NCBI GenBank assembly: GCA_016182185.1
Contig: JACOXU010000001.1
Span: 15,700-79,699, forward strand
Direction of reading: 5' to 3'
Origin: Candidatus Levyibacteriota bacterium
GTDB lineage: Bacteria > Patescibacteriota > Microgenomatia > Levybacterales > UBA12049
Length of the DNA: 64,000 nt
Part shown: piece after piece, positions 62,471 to 64,000 of the stretch
Numbering within the stretch: the stretch's first letter is position 1
Layout: each line of letters opens with the position of its first letter
Position numbers and translations under genes: made by a program
The notes under the pieces: model-generated
What the model was told of the DNA's origin: nothing
Databases searched by the model: none
Seen by the model: the letters and a program-made list of their open reading frames with translations, nothing else

Positions 62471-63823
62471 ATGATTACAATAAGACGCCGGCTTATTGTC
62501 TGGCTTATTAGAGCATATATTAAAAAATGGGGAAGATCAATTTTCATTTTTTTCATATTAGGTTTGGTAGGATTTTTTCTTTTTCGCTTTGTAATGAGAA
62601 TGCTTCCATCAACTCTTCCGATAATGGATAAAGAAACAGTAGGAATGGTGGGATCATTTACGATAAACAGTCTGCCATCTGATGTTCTTGATCAAATTTC
62701 ACAGGGGTTGACTAAAGTTTCCCAAGATGGAACGATAAAACCCGGACTTTCGACTTCGTGGAAAATTGATAAAATGGGGAAAATTTACACATTCAATCTT
62801 AGAAAGGATGTTTTTTTCAGTGATGGAACAAAGTTTACTTCAAAAACCATAAATTATGGATTTTCTGATGTAAAAGTAATTCGCCCGGATGATTTTACAA
62901 TTATCTTTCAGCTTAAAGATAGTTATGCCCCATTTTTGGTAACAGTATCAAGACCAATCTTTAAAAAAGGTTTTGTTGGGATTGGAAATTATCAAGTTAA
63001 AGATGTTGAGCTAAATGGTAGCTTTGTAACCTCCATAGATCTTTATTCAACAAATAATGAACGGAAAATCTTACGTTTCCAATTTTTTCCCACTGAAGAT
63101 GCTTTGAAAACTGCTTTTGTTTTGGGAGAGGTATCAAGAATTTATACCGTGCATGATATTAATTTTCGCGATATTTCTTTTTCAAAGTTCAAAACTACTC
63201 AGATCAACAAGCTTCTTTATGATCAAAAGCTAGCAACTCTATTTATAAATGTAAATGACAAAGTACTTTCTGAAAAAAAAATAAGAAATGCTCTTTTTTA
63301 TACAATTCCAGATAAATTTGATGAGGGTCTCAGAAACTCATCGCCTTTCTCTCCCTTAGCGTGGGCTAATACAGCCGGAGATTTGCATCAGCAGGATTTG
63401 GCACACGCAAAAGAGCTAATTTCCTCATCTTCCTTCTCTTCCTCTTCGGCCAAAACAAAATTTACCATAAAAACTCTACCTCAATATGAGAAAACTGCCA
63501 AAATATTACTTGAAAATTTTAAAAGAATTGGAATTGCGGGAGAAACAGAGGTTGTAGAATCTATCCCTCTTAATTTTCAAATGTTTCTGGGTGATTTCTG
63601 GTTGTCAAAAGATCCCGATCAGTATATGCTTTGGCATTCTAATCAGAAAGACAATATTACAGGTTACAAAAACCTACGGATAGATAAATTACTCGAGGAT
63701 GGAAGAAAAACAGTCGATTTTAACGAACGAAGGAAGATATACTCGGATTTTATAAAGTATATGCATGACGATCCGCCTGCGTTCTTTTTGTATGTCCCCT
63801 TTGCGTACGAGATAAAGAGATAA
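62471..63823 (+). CDS. membrane-anchored solute-binding protein (SBP family 5, OppA/DppA-like)
   Basis: N-terminal TM; GLTKVSQDGTIKPGLSTSWKIDKMGKIYTFNLRKDVFFSDGTKFTS resembles the SBP_bac_5 N-terminal signature. At 450 aa it is shorter than typical family members. Confidence 0.5.
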   Translation: MITIRRRLIVWLIRAYIKKWGRSIFIFFILGLVGFFLFRFVMRMLPSTLPIMDKETVGMVGSFTINSLPSDVLDQISQGLTKVSQDGTIKPGLSTSWKIDKMGKIYTFNLRKDVFFSDGTKFTSKTINYGFSDVKVIRPDDFTIIFQLKDSYAPFLVTVSRPIFKKGFVGIGNYQVKDVELNGSFVTSIDLYSTNNERKILRFQFFPTEDALKTAFVLGEVSRIYTVHDINFRDISFSKFKTTQINKLLYDQKLATLFINVNDKVLSEKKIRNALFYTIPDKFDEGLRNSSPFSPLAWANTAGDLHQQDLAHAKELISSSSFSSSSAKTKFTIKTLPQYEKTAKILLENFKRIGIAGETEVVESIPLNFQMFLGDFWLSKDPDQYMLWHSNQKDNITGYKNLRIDKLLEDGRKTVDFNERRKIYSDFIKYMHDDPPAFFLYVPFAYEIKR

Positions 63824-63824
63824 C

Positions 63825-64000
63825 TACAAAGTTAAATTTTTTAAGCGAAGTTTTCTATGGTATGATAATGCAAATCGATGAGCCTCATCTCTTATTCTCA
63901 TGAGCAGATGAAGAGCAGGTGAATTCTTACTGATTTTTACTAAGTTAAGATTACTTGTTACTATTTCTTCTTCCCTCTTGGCAAGACCAATAAGCGGAAT
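63825..64000 (-). CDS. UvrC/Cho-like excinuclease, C-terminal fragment (N-terminus beyond the window)
   Basis: The reverse-strand translation ends ...IPLIGLAKREEEIV...SPALHLLMRIRDEAHRFALSYHRKLRLKNLTL*, matching the UvrC endonuclease-domain motif (LAKR...IRDEAHRFAI..HR). It stops shortly afterwards with no HhH tail. Confidence 0.5.

Noticed and set aside
1-64000. CRISPR arrays, IS elements, integrases or prophage genes
   Set aside because: No regularly spaced direct repeats, transposase or integrase motifs, or terminal inverted repeats were seen anywhere in the window. The GIY-YIG genes are the only mobile-element-like feature, and they are kept as a finding.

Overview
This is a low-GC (roughly mid-30s %), gene-dense bacterial window. 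Genes are tightly spaced or overlapping, several otherwise universal proteins are shortened, and RBSs are a mix of strong GGAGGTGA and near-leaderless starts. That pattern fits a reduced-genome Patescibacteria/CPR-like organism, but the lineage assignment is inference only.

Core content:
- The classic thrS-infC-rpmI-rplT-pheS-pheT block (thrS lacks its editing domain), plus rpmF (partial), recG, tyrS, a class A PBP, a short trigger factor, rnhB, secG, yvcK, dinB and a rhomboid protease.
- 15 tRNA genes, including a 5-gene array; tRNA-Gly and tRNA-His have non-canonical D/T loops.

Most notable candidate systems:
1. A ~10.7 kb block of about 20 minus-strand genes (21359-32057), headed by a Crp/Fnr regulator, that together encode a complete NADPH-to-cell-surface thiol-disulfide relay. 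Its parts are a natural Zwf-Gnd fusion enzyme, a GR/Lpd-type flavoprotein disulfide reductase, two glutaredoxins, a C2H2-type zinc-finger mini-protein, an unannotated 50-aa Cys/His protein, a CcdA-DUF3179 fusion and three tandem membrane-anchored TlpA-like thioredoxins.
2. A mercury-resistance-like operon (37693-41577): ArsR-type regulator with a perfect 8-1-8 operator palindrome over a TTGACA -35, a Cys-rich secreted protein, a novel Cys-bearing membrane protein, and a MerA-core reductase carrying the GGTCVNVGCVPSK and C-terminal SCC motifs.
3. Unusual domain fusions: four excisionase-type HTH repeats fused to a GreA-C domain; an ATP-cone fused to an Mrr-like nuclease; and YjeF_N with a 2-TM tail.

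Other observations: a frameshift-split HAD hydrolase, and two GIY-YIG paralogs each sitting just downstream of a tRNA gene.
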